Shown piece after piece: positions 44,604 through 52,901 of a DNA stretch of 64,000 bases (positions are counted from its first letter, which is position 1; each line of letters begins with the position of its first letter). The notes beneath the pieces were generated by a model. It was not told the DNA's origin and did not search any database. It worked only from the letters and a program-made list of their open reading frames with translations. The position numbers and the translations under genes are program-made. Source of the DNA: a virus. Location of the stretch: the IMG/VR virus record IMGVR_UViG_3300025141_000026. The stretch is one strand, 5' to 3'.

Positions 44604-44888
44604 TTACTCCTCGGAGAAGACGCCCAAGACATAGTTTTCCTGAACTAAAAAATACTTTTGCCCACCATGCTCTACCTCTTTAACCATGCTTTGCTCTGCT
44701 ATAACAGTGTCGCCGGGATCAACATCCAAAGAGCAGTCATTGGCATCGACAAGAAGTTTGTACGCGCCGTAGGTGTCTGTTTTTGGCTTATAATCGTCAG
44801 GAAGCAAGACAGCAGGGGGCGTATGCCCCTCTGCTTCAAGTTCCGTCTTTTCTACTAACAAGTGCCTATTGCAAGGATAAAAATTCAT
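44604..44888 (-). CDS. groES: co-chaperonin GroES-like
   Basis: P...LLVE, LLPD, PGDTV, YFLVQENYVLG. Confidence 0.75.
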   Translation of the reverse strand: MNFYPCNRHLLVEKTELEAEGHTPPAVLLPDDYKPKTDTYGAYKLLVDANDCSLDVDPGDTVIAEQSMVKEVEHGGQKYFLVQENYVLGVFSEE

Positions 44889-44897
44889 TTGCCCCCC

Positions 44898-45188
44898 TTA
44901 TTTTGTAACAGTTTTTGAAACGCGGTCGTAGAAGTCCATTAGCTGGTCCATGTCGGTGTCGCCCTTTAGCAAACGATATGCTTTCACAGCCATACTAATC
45001 TCTTCTTTTGAAAGCCATTCATTCTCAATGTAGTTGGCTTTCAAGTCCCTCTTATGTTCCTTCAAAGGTTCCATCTCATCTTCAACGGCTGCAAGGGCTT
45101 TGATATAGTTTGAGATGTGCTCCTCTTTCTGGACTACTTCCTTCTGTTCTACAACAATTTCAATTGCTGGTACTGGCTTTCCAAACAT
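44898..45188 (-). CDS. GapR/DUF2312-like dsDNA-binding protein
   Basis: YIK.L..VEDE...LKE..RDLK..Y. Confidence 0.6.
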   Translation of the reverse strand: MFGKPVPAIEIVVEQKEVVQKEEHISNYIKALAAVEDEMEPLKEHKRDLKANYIENEWLSKEEISMAVKAYRLLKGDTDMDQLMDFYDRVSKTVTK

Positions 45189-45232
45189 GTTTTCTCCTTT
45201 ATTTACACAAATGTTTTTTACAATTCTCACAC

Positions 45233-45261
45233 ATAATATACCTTATGTGAGAGGAAGTCAA
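45233..45261 (-). promoter_or_regulatory. sigma70-like promoter
   Basis: TTGACT-N17-TATTAT. Confidence 0.55.
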
Positions 45262-45269
45262 GCTTTTTT

Positions 45270-47138
45270 TTACTTTATTTCGCATGCGCCTCCGGCGCAA
45301 GCCAATTCCCCGGTTAGGTTAGTATTGTCTTCTACCTCTATCACTTTTGTCAAGTCCACTTCTTCCAAGCTTTCTAGCATGGCTTCGTAAGTTTCCTTAG
45401 AGCAATCTTCAAAAGGTGCCTGTCGGTAGCTGCCGCCGTCATACGGCAAAACTGATAGCCCATTATAGATGTCTCTGTTTTCCCACATCCATTCACCAAC
45501 ATCAGCCCACTCTGCCTCTTTTATTGAGATCGTTGCAGATACATTGTGAGTGTTTTGACCATTCCGAGTTCCGGGCTTGACCCACTCTGTGCTAATCTTG
45601 GCGACTCGTTTTAGCAATTGAAGAGCGCTCTCGGTTCTCATTATTGCATCTTCGGGTGCCTTCTGGGGGATAGAGATAACAGCCGTATCGTGCGGTCTAA
45701 AATACTCATCTTCTACCATATCTGGATGGAAGACGGACAAGTAGTTATAGATCGCTTCGTTTTTTCCAACACGGAGGCGGCGGACATAATGTTCGTTATG
45801 CCAAGCGTGGATGCCGCTAGAGGTCCCAAGAGTCAAAGACGTTGTTCCCGCTGGTTTAACCGTTGTGCATCTTGCCGCCTTGTTGACACCTATCATTTTA
45901 GCCACTCTTGCGTTTTCCTTTTTCACTACTCCAGAGGCTTCAGTTGTATCCAAATTTAATACTTTGCCAGAGGCAATACCAGTCATAGAAACGCCAATAA
46001 GAGCCTCTTTTTCTGTGGTTCTTCTCCAAACATCTCGCAGATAGTGAAAATCAGAGTAACCAGCTTGCAAAGTTCCAATGAAGGCTGCTGTTTTAACTCT
46101 GCTGTTTAGCTCATCCTGATTGTCAACATCGCTAACATTCACCTCTGTTAGATTACAGAACTGGTATGGTCTAAGAGCGATTTCGCAGCAAGGATTGGTC
46201 CCCCAGTCTTTATCATTAGAAAAATAAAATCCGGGCTCTCCGCTACCTGATTCTTTTACTCTTTCCCAGAGATCTTGAAAAAAGTCTTTTGTAATCCTGT
46301 GTCGGAGAAGCACAACGGAGTTGTTTGCCCTGCCTCGTTGCGGTGCTGTCTCCCACCAGTTGCCTGTCTTAGCAGCAATCATTTCATTGTCGTCAGCAGA
46401 GAACAAAGAGATGAGGGCAGCACGACGGATACCACCAGCCAATACTGCGTCTGCGATGTGGCAGATCATATCGTGGGCTTCGATAGTTGTGAGTTTATCT
46501 CCATTCTCTTTGGCTTCAAACATGCCTTGGAGTTTTACTAGGCATTCTTTTAGCGGCTGTGGACCCGGTGCTTTGCCGCCAGAGGTAACAAGCCGAGCGC
46601 CCTTTGGGCGAATGTCTGAATAATCAAAACGTAATTTAGAGCCCCCCTTGAAGTAAGACTGTACTAAAGCCTTCACCGCGTCAGCCCACCCTTCTATAGA
46701 ATCGTTAATTAGAAAGCGCCGCGTTCGTTTGGATGCTGGCTTCTGGATTTCTGGTAGCTTTTCTACGTGGTGCTTTTGCACACTATAACCAACACCTGTG
46801 CCGCCTAACAATAGAAACATGACTTCGCTGAAGACGCGAAAGTCGTCGATGGGTGCAAATGCACAATTATAGATTCTGTTTGGAGCAACCTCAATTGGTT
46901 TGCCTCCAAATTGCATGGATCTCATTGATGGTAGAACTTTCTTTGCGTATACCATCTCATACGCATCATCTATCTCGCTTTGTAGCTCTGGATACTTTTT
47001 AGTATGCATCTCTTTATTTCTATCTACAATCTCTGCCCATGTTTCCCTTCTCTCTTTCTCTGGAAGGTATCTAGCATATTTCATGTGCACTGTTACATCC
47101 GAAAGAATGTCCCTAGCAATCTGATTTTTATCTGTCAT
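45270..47138 (-). CDS. nrdJ: class II (adenosylcobalamin) ribonucleotide reductase
   Basis: IYNCAF, TNPCCEI, FCNLTE, VKPAGT, C-terminal CAGGACE. Confidence 0.9.
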   Translation of the reverse strand: MTDKNQIARDILSDVTVHMKYARYLPEKERRETWAEIVDRNKEMHTKKYPELQSEIDDAYEMVYAKKVLPSMRSMQFGGKPIEVAPNRIYNCAFAPIDDFRVFSEVMFLLLGGTGVGYSVQKHHVEKLPEIQKPASKRTRRFLINDSIEGWADAVKALVQSYFKGGSKLRFDYSDIRPKGARLVTSGGKAPGPQPLKECLVKLQGMFEAKENGDKLTTIEAHDMICHIADAVLAGGIRRAALISLFSADDNEMIAAKTGNWWETAPQRGRANNSVVLLRHRITKDFFQDLWERVKESGSGEPGFYFSNDKDWGTNPCCEIALRPYQFCNLTEVNVSDVDNQDELNSRVKTAAFIGTLQAGYSDFHYLRDVWRRTTEKEALIGVSMTGIASGKVLNLDTTEASGVVKKENARVAKMIGVNKAARCTTVKPAGTTSLTLGTSSGIHAWHNEHYVRRLRVGKNEAIYNYLSVFHPDMVEDEYFRPHDTAVISIPQKAPEDAIMRTESALQLLKRVAKISTEWVKPGTRNGQNTHNVSATISIKEAEWADVGEWMWENRDIYNGLSVLPYDGGSYRQAPFEDCSKETYEAMLESLEEVDLTKVIEVEDNTNLTGELACAGGACEIK

Positions 47139-47141
47139 TTA

Positions 47142-48518
47142 TTAGGTCTCCTTTGTCTTTTTGTCTTGCTTCCATTCCTTGTAACTTTCTTTCAAAATCT
47201 TCTCTTGCTTCTTGGCAGAGTTTACAGCAATGTCGGCAATAGTTTCGCCAGTTGGAGGTAACACCTTGATTTTGACATTACCTGTGTTCATGTATATAGG
47301 GTAGATTAATCCATCCGGACCATTTCTATTTTTAGCCACAAACACTCTTCCCGAATTTGTGCTTTTATCTTCAATAGTTCTGGACAAAGAAAAAATAAAA
47401 TCAGCTACAAAACATTTGTTAAATGCCTCGGAAATAGACTCCATCGTAATAACTTCTGCATTCAATCCAGATCGGTTCGTCTGGCTAGCGGTATAGCAGG
47501 GACAATTGAACTCTTGAGCCAATCCTCGTAAGTGCTCGTAAATTCTTTCTAACTCAATTCTCTTTTCTTTATGCATGACATTGGGTCGTAGCAAGTCGCC
47601 GTAGTCTACGATAATCATGTCTACATCAATGTCTCTTTTTCTAAGTTTTTCCAAGTGAATTTTTAGATCATTAGGGCTAGCCGATTTTGTCGGATATTCT
47701 TTAATAATCAATTCTCCGGGGAGGTCTGTTACTTTTTCATAAATCTCTTCCTTGAGTGCATGAACATCAGACATCATAATACCAGTAATGCAACTGTCAT
47801 ATCTTTTACCAATGACAACAGAAGCCAATTCCAATGTGTAGTGTACCACCGTTTTGCCTTGCTTCACAGCCTCTGCGCCTAAATGCACAAGAGCCATTGA
47901 TTTACCTGCGCCGGTGGGTGCGATGACGACGCCGAGTTCTCCTTTCCCAAGACCTCCACTTGTTAGACCATCAATCTCAGCCCATCCGGTTGAAACTGGG
48001 TCTCTTGCTTTGAGTTGGAATCGTTCTTCAAAGTCTGCCTTGTAGTCGTAGCCAAAGTCATTGTCGTTACCAAGCTTCAATGCTTGATTCAGAACCTCGC
48101 TGATTTCGTCAAAAGAAGACTTCTTAAGAAGCTTCACAGATTCAATCATTGCCTCCTTCAGCTTCTGCTTCTTACAAAAGTCCAATGCAATAGATTTTAT
48201 ATAATCCTGTTCTCTGATATCGGGAGGGCTATTATAAATTCTGGAGAAATAATCTCTTACTTGTTTCTTTGTCGCGTCGTTTTCGTCCTCTAACTCAGTC
48301 CTGAGTATGGAGATCATGATTTTGTTTGTCGGGTGGACACCGTATTTGGTACGGTAATCAAAAATCTTTTGAACAAATACTTGTAGGTACCTAAACTCAA
48401 AGAAGTCAAAGTTTAGAATCTCCTGCATTTGATCAGAAAAGGAGCGATCTTCCACAATCAGTTGTGCAAGGTCTTCCTGAAACGTTTTACCGAATTTAGA
48501 AAAATCTACTTTTTCCAT
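47142..48518 (-). CDS. DnaB-like replicative helicase
   Basis: APTGAGKS, TLEL, IVDYGDL, SQTNR, KNRNG. Confidence 0.92.
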   Translation of the reverse strand: MEKVDFSKFGKTFQEDLAQLIVEDRSFSDQMQEILNFDFFEFRYLQVFVQKIFDYRTKYGVHPTNKIMISILRTELEDENDATKKQVRDYFSRIYNSPPDIREQDYIKSIALDFCKKQKLKEAMIESVKLLKKSSFDEISEVLNQALKLGNDNDFGYDYKADFEERFQLKARDPVSTGWAEIDGLTSGGLGKGELGVVIAPTGAGKSMALVHLGAEAVKQGKTVVHYTLELASVVIGKRYDSCITGIMMSDVHALKEEIYEKVTDLPGELIIKEYPTKSASPNDLKIHLEKLRKRDIDVDMIIVDYGDLLRPNVMHKEKRIELERIYEHLRGLAQEFNCPCYTASQTNRSGLNAEVITMESISEAFNKCFVADFIFSLSRTIEDKSTNSGRVFVAKNRNGPDGLIYPIYMNTGNVKIKVLPPTGETIADIAVNSAKKQEKILKESYKEWKQDKKTKET

Positions 48519-49484
48519 TTAGCCTCTTACCATCCTTTTGGATGCGGTGAACAAATCAGACCAATCGTATGCGCCGAAGCCATCCTCGTTCATCATGCAT
48601 ACGATTCCCGTCTTGTTGAACTCGTATTCAAAGTCTTCCACTGCGGATCTAATAACTTGCTTTCCTTGGATATGAATACTCGGGGCATAAAGCTGCATTA
48701 GCTTGTAATTGTCTCTGATCAGATCTATATTTTCAATCACTGAATTGTAGACTTTGAGTTTTTCATCTTTCCTCTCTTTGCAATAGTCCAACAAGAAATC
48801 AATATCACAATCCTTCTCGTCTGCAAAGAAGGGGAATCTTTTGGCGACCGTTTTCATGCCAACCCCCGGAACTCCCGGTAGGTTATCACTTTTGTCACCA
48901 GATAGCGCTCGGGCTAGTGCAAAGTTTACAGGATGTATGCCATAATCCTCCAAAACCCTTTTGGAGTTCAAAAAGACCTTTTGTATTGGACGATAAAGTA
49001 CAGTTTCCTCGTCGCATAACTGAATAAAATCCTTATCGCTAGAGACAATGATTTTTTGCCAGCCCTTATACTTTTCCATCTGGACGCAATAGCCGATTAC
49101 ATCATCGGCTTCAACACTGGGTAGCATAACCTGAGCTATGGGAAGGTGGTTGAGGTATTCGGTGAGTCTGGTCTGTTGCCAGATCTTATTTTCTACTTCT
49201 TCGGACTCTGTGAGATTGCGAATCTGTCGGTTCAAGCGAATTGGCTTTCGACCAGCCTTGTAGTCCTTCTTGATCTGTCGTCGTCGTCGAGAGCCTCCCT
49301 CTCCATCCCATGCGATAACAACGGAGTCTGGTTTCATTTCCCTAATGAGTTTTTGGCTCATCTTTAAGAATCCCTTGATGCCGCCAATAGGTTGCCCATT
49401 GGTCGATAGGCTTGGATCAACAATATATGCTCGATACAACATGTTTAGCGCATCGATAAAAATAACTCTCTTACTCATATTCAC
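48519..49484 (-). CDS. 5'-3' exonuclease / RNase H (PolI N-terminal family)
   Basis: IDALN, YKAGR, EADDVI, SSDKDF, GDKSDNLPGVPGVG.KT. Confidence 0.93.
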   Translation of the reverse strand: MNMSKRVIFIDALNMLYRAYIVDPSLSTNGQPIGGIKGFLKMSQKLIREMKPDSVVIAWDGEGGSRRRRQIKKDYKAGRKPIRLNRQIRNLTESEEVENKIWQQTRLTEYLNHLPIAQVMLPSVEADDVIGYCVQMEKYKGWQKIIVSSDKDFIQLCDEETVLYRPIQKVFLNSKRVLEDYGIHPVNFALARALSGDKSDNLPGVPGVGMKTVAKRFPFFADEKDCDIDFLLDYCKERKDEKLKVYNSVIENIDLIRDNYKLMQLYAPSIHIQGKQVIRSAVEDFEYEFNKTGIVCMMNEDGFGAYDWSDLFTASKRMVRG

Positions 49485-49490
49485 CTCAAT

Positions 49491-49534
49491 AAAAAACCTC
49501 AGACAGTATATCCCATCTGAGGTCTAAAAGTCAA
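49491..49534 (-). terminator. terminator hairpin overlapping a sigma70-like promoter
   Basis: ACCTCAGA/TCTGAGGT + T6; TTGACT-N18-TATACT with the -10 box in the loop. Confidence 0.6.
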
Positions 49535-49547
49535 ACGTTATTATTCT

Positions 49548-49784
49548 TTATCGACAATATTTTTTGCCTCTTTTGTAATAAACTTTGCACCTGTTGTAAT
49601 AGTGGTTGTTGATCACCCTTGGTGGGGGTGAGCGATAAATAACCCGTCGTTCCCTATAGGTAGGCATGACCATGACCGCTGGCTCTGCATATGAATAGGT
49701 TACGACTGGTACTGGTCGTGGGATGTATAGTGCACACCCTGTCATGAACACAGCCAGCAGCGAGACAATAATTAGTTTTTTCAT
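49548..49784 (-). CDS. small lipoprotein
   Basis: MKK + hydrophobic + MTGC lipobox. Confidence 0.7.
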   Translation of the reverse strand: MKKLIIVSLLAVFMTGCALYIPRPVPVVTYSYAEPAVMVMPTYRERRVIYRSPPPRVINNHYYNRCKVYYKRGKKYCR

Positions 49785-49805
49785 TCTTCTCTCCTCTTAT
49801 ATTAG

Positions 49806-49833
49806 TTAGACGGCTACGCCTGAAAATTATTCA
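49806..49833 (-). promoter_or_regulatory. ECF-type promoter (copy 13)
   Basis: TGAATA-N15-CGTCTAA upstream of the lipoprotein. Confidence 0.8.
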
Positions 49834-50930
49834 TCTTTTTCTTCATAGAAGTCTTCGGCTTTGCCTTGACGAGTATCAAACTTCATAACAATTTCTTCGT
49901 CCATAATCTGAAGGACACGAGTTTTGAACTTCTCGCTTTGAAGTTTTTCTTTCCACTTCGCAGCTTGGAATTTCTCAGTGGTTCCGTCTTCATAAACAAG
50001 TTGATACCAAGCACCTGATTGGACTATATTGTCAGACGACTTGATTGCTTCGAGCCAACTTTCTTCATCTTGAACTCCAATCTCATCTCCCCACAGAATC
50101 TTAAAGTTGCATTGACGACCCTGCGTTCCAAACCTGCTTTTCTCTAGCTTTACCTTGACCTCAGAGCCAATACGAAAGCCTTTATCATCAGTAATAAATG
50201 AAGCTTTTGCCTTGCGACCCGTCAACCAAACACGGAGTGAATAGGCATAAATCATAGCCTTTCCACCGGGAGTCATATATGGTGTTGTCAAAGCCTCAGA
50301 TGGGCTTCTGGTAATATTGGTCTTCAACTGGTTCAGGACCAAGAAAGTTGATTGACTATTAGCAATAGGAACAGTCAGTTTAGACATCCCCTTAGCCAAA
50401 ATACGTGCTTTTACTGCCATGGAAGAAAGCGGATTAAAGTCTCCTTCCACGTCGGATATAGCAGGTGTAAGAGCAAGAGAGTCCCAAATGAAAAGCATGC
50501 GATTTTCATTAGAGCCCAGAAGCTCCTCGATAGTTTCAAGTACAAACTCAACAGACTGAGCCTGAACATAAAGAATAGTATTGACATCACAACCTGCTCT
50601 TTCTAAAAAGGTGGGGTCGATGGCGGATTCCGAGTCGAAGTAAACCACGTCGATGCCCATCTTTTGGGCGTTGGCAGCAACCTGTGCTGCCATATATGAT
50701 TTACCAGTTGCCTCTAATCCGGCAATCTCTGTCACCTTCCCGACTGGAACACCAGCCAATCGACCCCGACAAACAATAGAGTCGAGCCAACGGGAGCCAG
50801 TAGGGATCCAATCCGTTACTTCTGTTGGGTTTTCTTTATTTAAGTTATGTGCAACCTGCACACCTGCTTTCTTATTGATAAGATTCCTCATGTCATCAAT
50901 AGAAAGTCTACCAGCTTTTTTAGCTCCCAT
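49827..50930 (-). CDS. recA: RecA/UvsX recombinase
   Basis: IPTGS..LD, GLEATGKS, WDSL, LNQL, PGGKA. Confidence 0.92.
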   Translation of the reverse strand: MGAKKAGRLSIDDMRNLINKKAGVQVAHNLNKENPTEVTDWIPTGSRWLDSIVCRGRLAGVPVGKVTEIAGLEATGKSYMAAQVAANAQKMGIDVVYFDSESAIDPTFLERAGCDVNTILYVQAQSVEFVLETIEELLGSNENRMLFIWDSLALTPAISDVEGDFNPLSSMAVKARILAKGMSKLTVPIANSQSTFLVLNQLKTNITRSPSEALTTPYMTPGGKAMIYAYSLRVWLTGRKAKASFITDDKGFRIGSEVKVKLEKSRFGTQGRQCNFKILWGDEIGVQDEESWLEAIKSSDNIVQSGAWYQLVYEDGTTEKFQAAKWKEKLQSEKFKTRVLQIMDEEIVMKFDTRQGKAEDFYEEKDE

Positions 50931-50944
50931 TTTTTCTCCTCATA

Positions 50945-50972
50945 AAAGAAGGCGGGGTTTTACCCCCGCCCT
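50945..50972 (-). terminator. intrinsic terminator
   Basis: GGCGGGG/CCCCGCC stem plus TTCTTTT. Confidence 0.8.
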
Positions 50973-50977
50973 CAAAG

Positions 50978-51715
50978 TTAGCTCAAAAGCTCATTGAATG
51001 CTTCATCAACAGAAGAAGATTCGTCAGCTTTCTTGTACTGAGTTGTCTCAGTTCCTTCCTCATCGCCACCTTCCAAGAACGCATCCAGAAGAGTGCCAAT
51101 CTCCTCAGTTGTCTTTCGCTCAAACAAGTCATCAAACTCTGGGATATTATCCAAAAGCTCTGCACACTTCTCTGGACCATCATCGCAAAGGGGCGAAGAT
51201 CGACGGCGAGGTTGAAGCTTGGTTTGTGGGAATTGTGCTCCGGGTGGCTTACCGTAATTAAGGACAAGATCTGTGCCCTCTTCTGCATCGGTAATATCCC
51301 CGTACTCTGGGTTCAAGACAAGATTGATTAGCGATTCATACGCCATCTTGCCATAGCCCCAAACTCGCACACCGTCTGCCTCTTCTCCTCGAACCAAAAC
51401 TGGGGAGAAGAATCGTTGACGTGCGAAAAGAGTTTTTGCAGCCTTTTGAGCATCTTCAGTCCCTTGATTGTACAAGCTGCTAGCGTATTCGCAAACAGGA
51501 CATCCATCCCCAAAATTCTTCTTAGGGCACAAGAAACCGGGGTTCTTTCCCAGATTATAGTGAAAGAAATAATCCTTGAAAGGATCTCCATCTGCGGTTG
51601 GGACAATCCGAATGGATTGGTCGCCGTCTTGTGGACGCCAGAAGTTATTATTCCCGCCCCCCTTGCTTTCCAACGCTTGTTTGCGTTGCTTGATTTTATC
51701 TAAATTAATTCCCAT
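50978..51715 (-). CDS. gp32-like single-stranded DNA-binding protein
   Basis: FW.P..G...IR..P, CP...CPVC, acidic C-terminus. Confidence 0.85.
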   Translation of the reverse strand: MGINLDKIKQRKQALESKGGGNNNFWRPQDGDQSIRIVPTADGDPFKDYFFHYNLGKNPGFLCPKKNFGDGCPVCEYASSLYNQGTEDAQKAAKTLFARQRFFSPVLVRGEEADGVRVWGYGKMAYESLINLVLNPEYGDITDAEEGTDLVLNYGKPPGAQFPQTKLQPRRRSSPLCDDGPEKCAELLDNIPEFDDLFERKTTEEIGTLLDAFLEGGDEEGTETTQYKKADESSSVDEAFNELLS

Positions 51716-51772
51716 TATTTTTATCTCCTTTGTTATAGTATGCTCGGCAAATATCCCTCGCATCTGTTTTAT

Positions 51773-51801
51773 AATGTATCATACCTAGTCGAGACTGTCA
51801 A
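51773..51801 (-). promoter_or_regulatory. sigma70-like promoter
   Basis: TTGACA-N17-TACATT. Confidence 0.65.
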
Positions 51802-52045
51802 CACGAAAATTGGTAATTTGTGTAACATCGCCTTTTACTGTGTTCCAGTTAAAGACCCTGAATTCTTTCTTGTCCAAGTCCCAAACCAGTTCGTTGCCCT
51901 CAGAGAGTTTTCTCTGTTTGCCCCCTTTGGTTTTTAAAGTCATGAACTCCTCTGGTAAGTCCGAGATCTTTACAAAGCGCATCGATCTTTCTTCACCAGT
52001 TTTTTTCTCAAAAGTGCCAACATAGGCATTAATTGTTTTCAACAT
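51785..52045 (-). CDS. WYL-like / DUF2693 SH3-fold protein
   Basis: F.KK.GE.R.M...VWDLDKKEFR.F. Confidence 0.75.
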   Translation of the reverse strand: MLKTINAYVGTFEKKTGEERSMRFVKISDLPEEFMTLKTKGGKQRKLSEGNELVWDLDKKEFRVFNWNTVKGDVTQITNFRVDSLD

Positions 52046-52901
52046 TGTTTTCCTCCAAAACTAAACCTTGAATCATAGAACTTCTAGCAACGACATAGCA
52101 GTAATTTGAACTGTAGTTTGTAGAATAGATGCCATAAGTAACTCTTGTGCCATCACTTTCTACCTTATCTTTCATTTGTACTGTAATGCCCTTGTATAAT
52201 TCTTTGTTGCTTTTCAACTCTTCATGGTTGATGGCATAATAATAGCTCTTTTCTCTAGGGTTTGTCAATGGGAAAAATAACTTTTCTTCTCCATTCTCTA
52301 TGTTCATCATACCAATAGTAATAATTCTAGATACTTCGAGGGGGGCAGAGATTGTACCAATTTCTGGCTCTGTGTGGTCAAAAACATTAACCATGTGAAT
52401 TGTTGACGCGATCATTTTATTTAGTTCATCATAATACCCAATAACTGGTGCTCCTCCAATCGTTTCATCCAATCTGTGGTTATCTATGAGCACTATTCTC
52501 TCAAATTTGCCGGATCTCGCATATTCCTGTAGAACATTATATACTAATCTTTCCCTAAGTCTCCCCAGTTCACTCAAAAGAGAGATATCTGGTTTAACAT
52601 ACAAAACGTGCAACTTGGCATGACTTATTTGCTGAAGGATAGCCAATGATGCACCGCTAATTTCACCAGATCCGCCGATGACAAAAAGAACCTCGTCCAT
52701 TCCTTTAATATGAGAAAAAAAATTGGACATGTTTGGTACCGCTTTTTCGTACTCTTCGTGAGAATCGCATTTTTTAATTCTAAAGTGTTCATCCCCCGAT
52801 GGCTCTACACAATCAATCGTTCTTACCGTGTATTCTGGGTATTTTTGAAAGCTTTTGGCGATATTGCAGCCTGCACTTCCCAATCCGACTATATTCTGCA
52901 T
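52029..52901 (-). CDS. tubulin/FtsZ-family protein (PhuZ-like)
   Basis: IVGLGSAGCNIA; degenerate signature GGSGEISGAS; LIDN; LNK.IA. Confidence 0.75.
   Translation of the reverse strand: MQNIVGLGSAGCNIAKSFQKYPEYTVRTIDCVEPSGDEHFRIKKCDSHEEYEKAVPNMSNFFSHIKGMDEVLFVIGGSGEISGASLAILQQISHAKLHVLYVKPDISLLSELGRLRERLVYNVLQEYARSGKFERIVLIDNHRLDETIGGAPVIGYYDELNKMIASTIHMVNVFDHTEPEIGTISAPLEVSRIITIGMMNIENGEEKLFFPLTNPREKSYYYAINHEELKSNKELYKGITVQMKDKVESDGTRVTYGIYSTNYSSNYCYVVARSSMIQGLVLEENNVENN

Noticed and set aside
38622-48518. Inteins, introns or stop-codon recoding in dnaE, nrdJ or the helicase
   Set aside because: Genes have normal length and are uninterrupted in the standard code; TAA, TAG and TGA all act as stops
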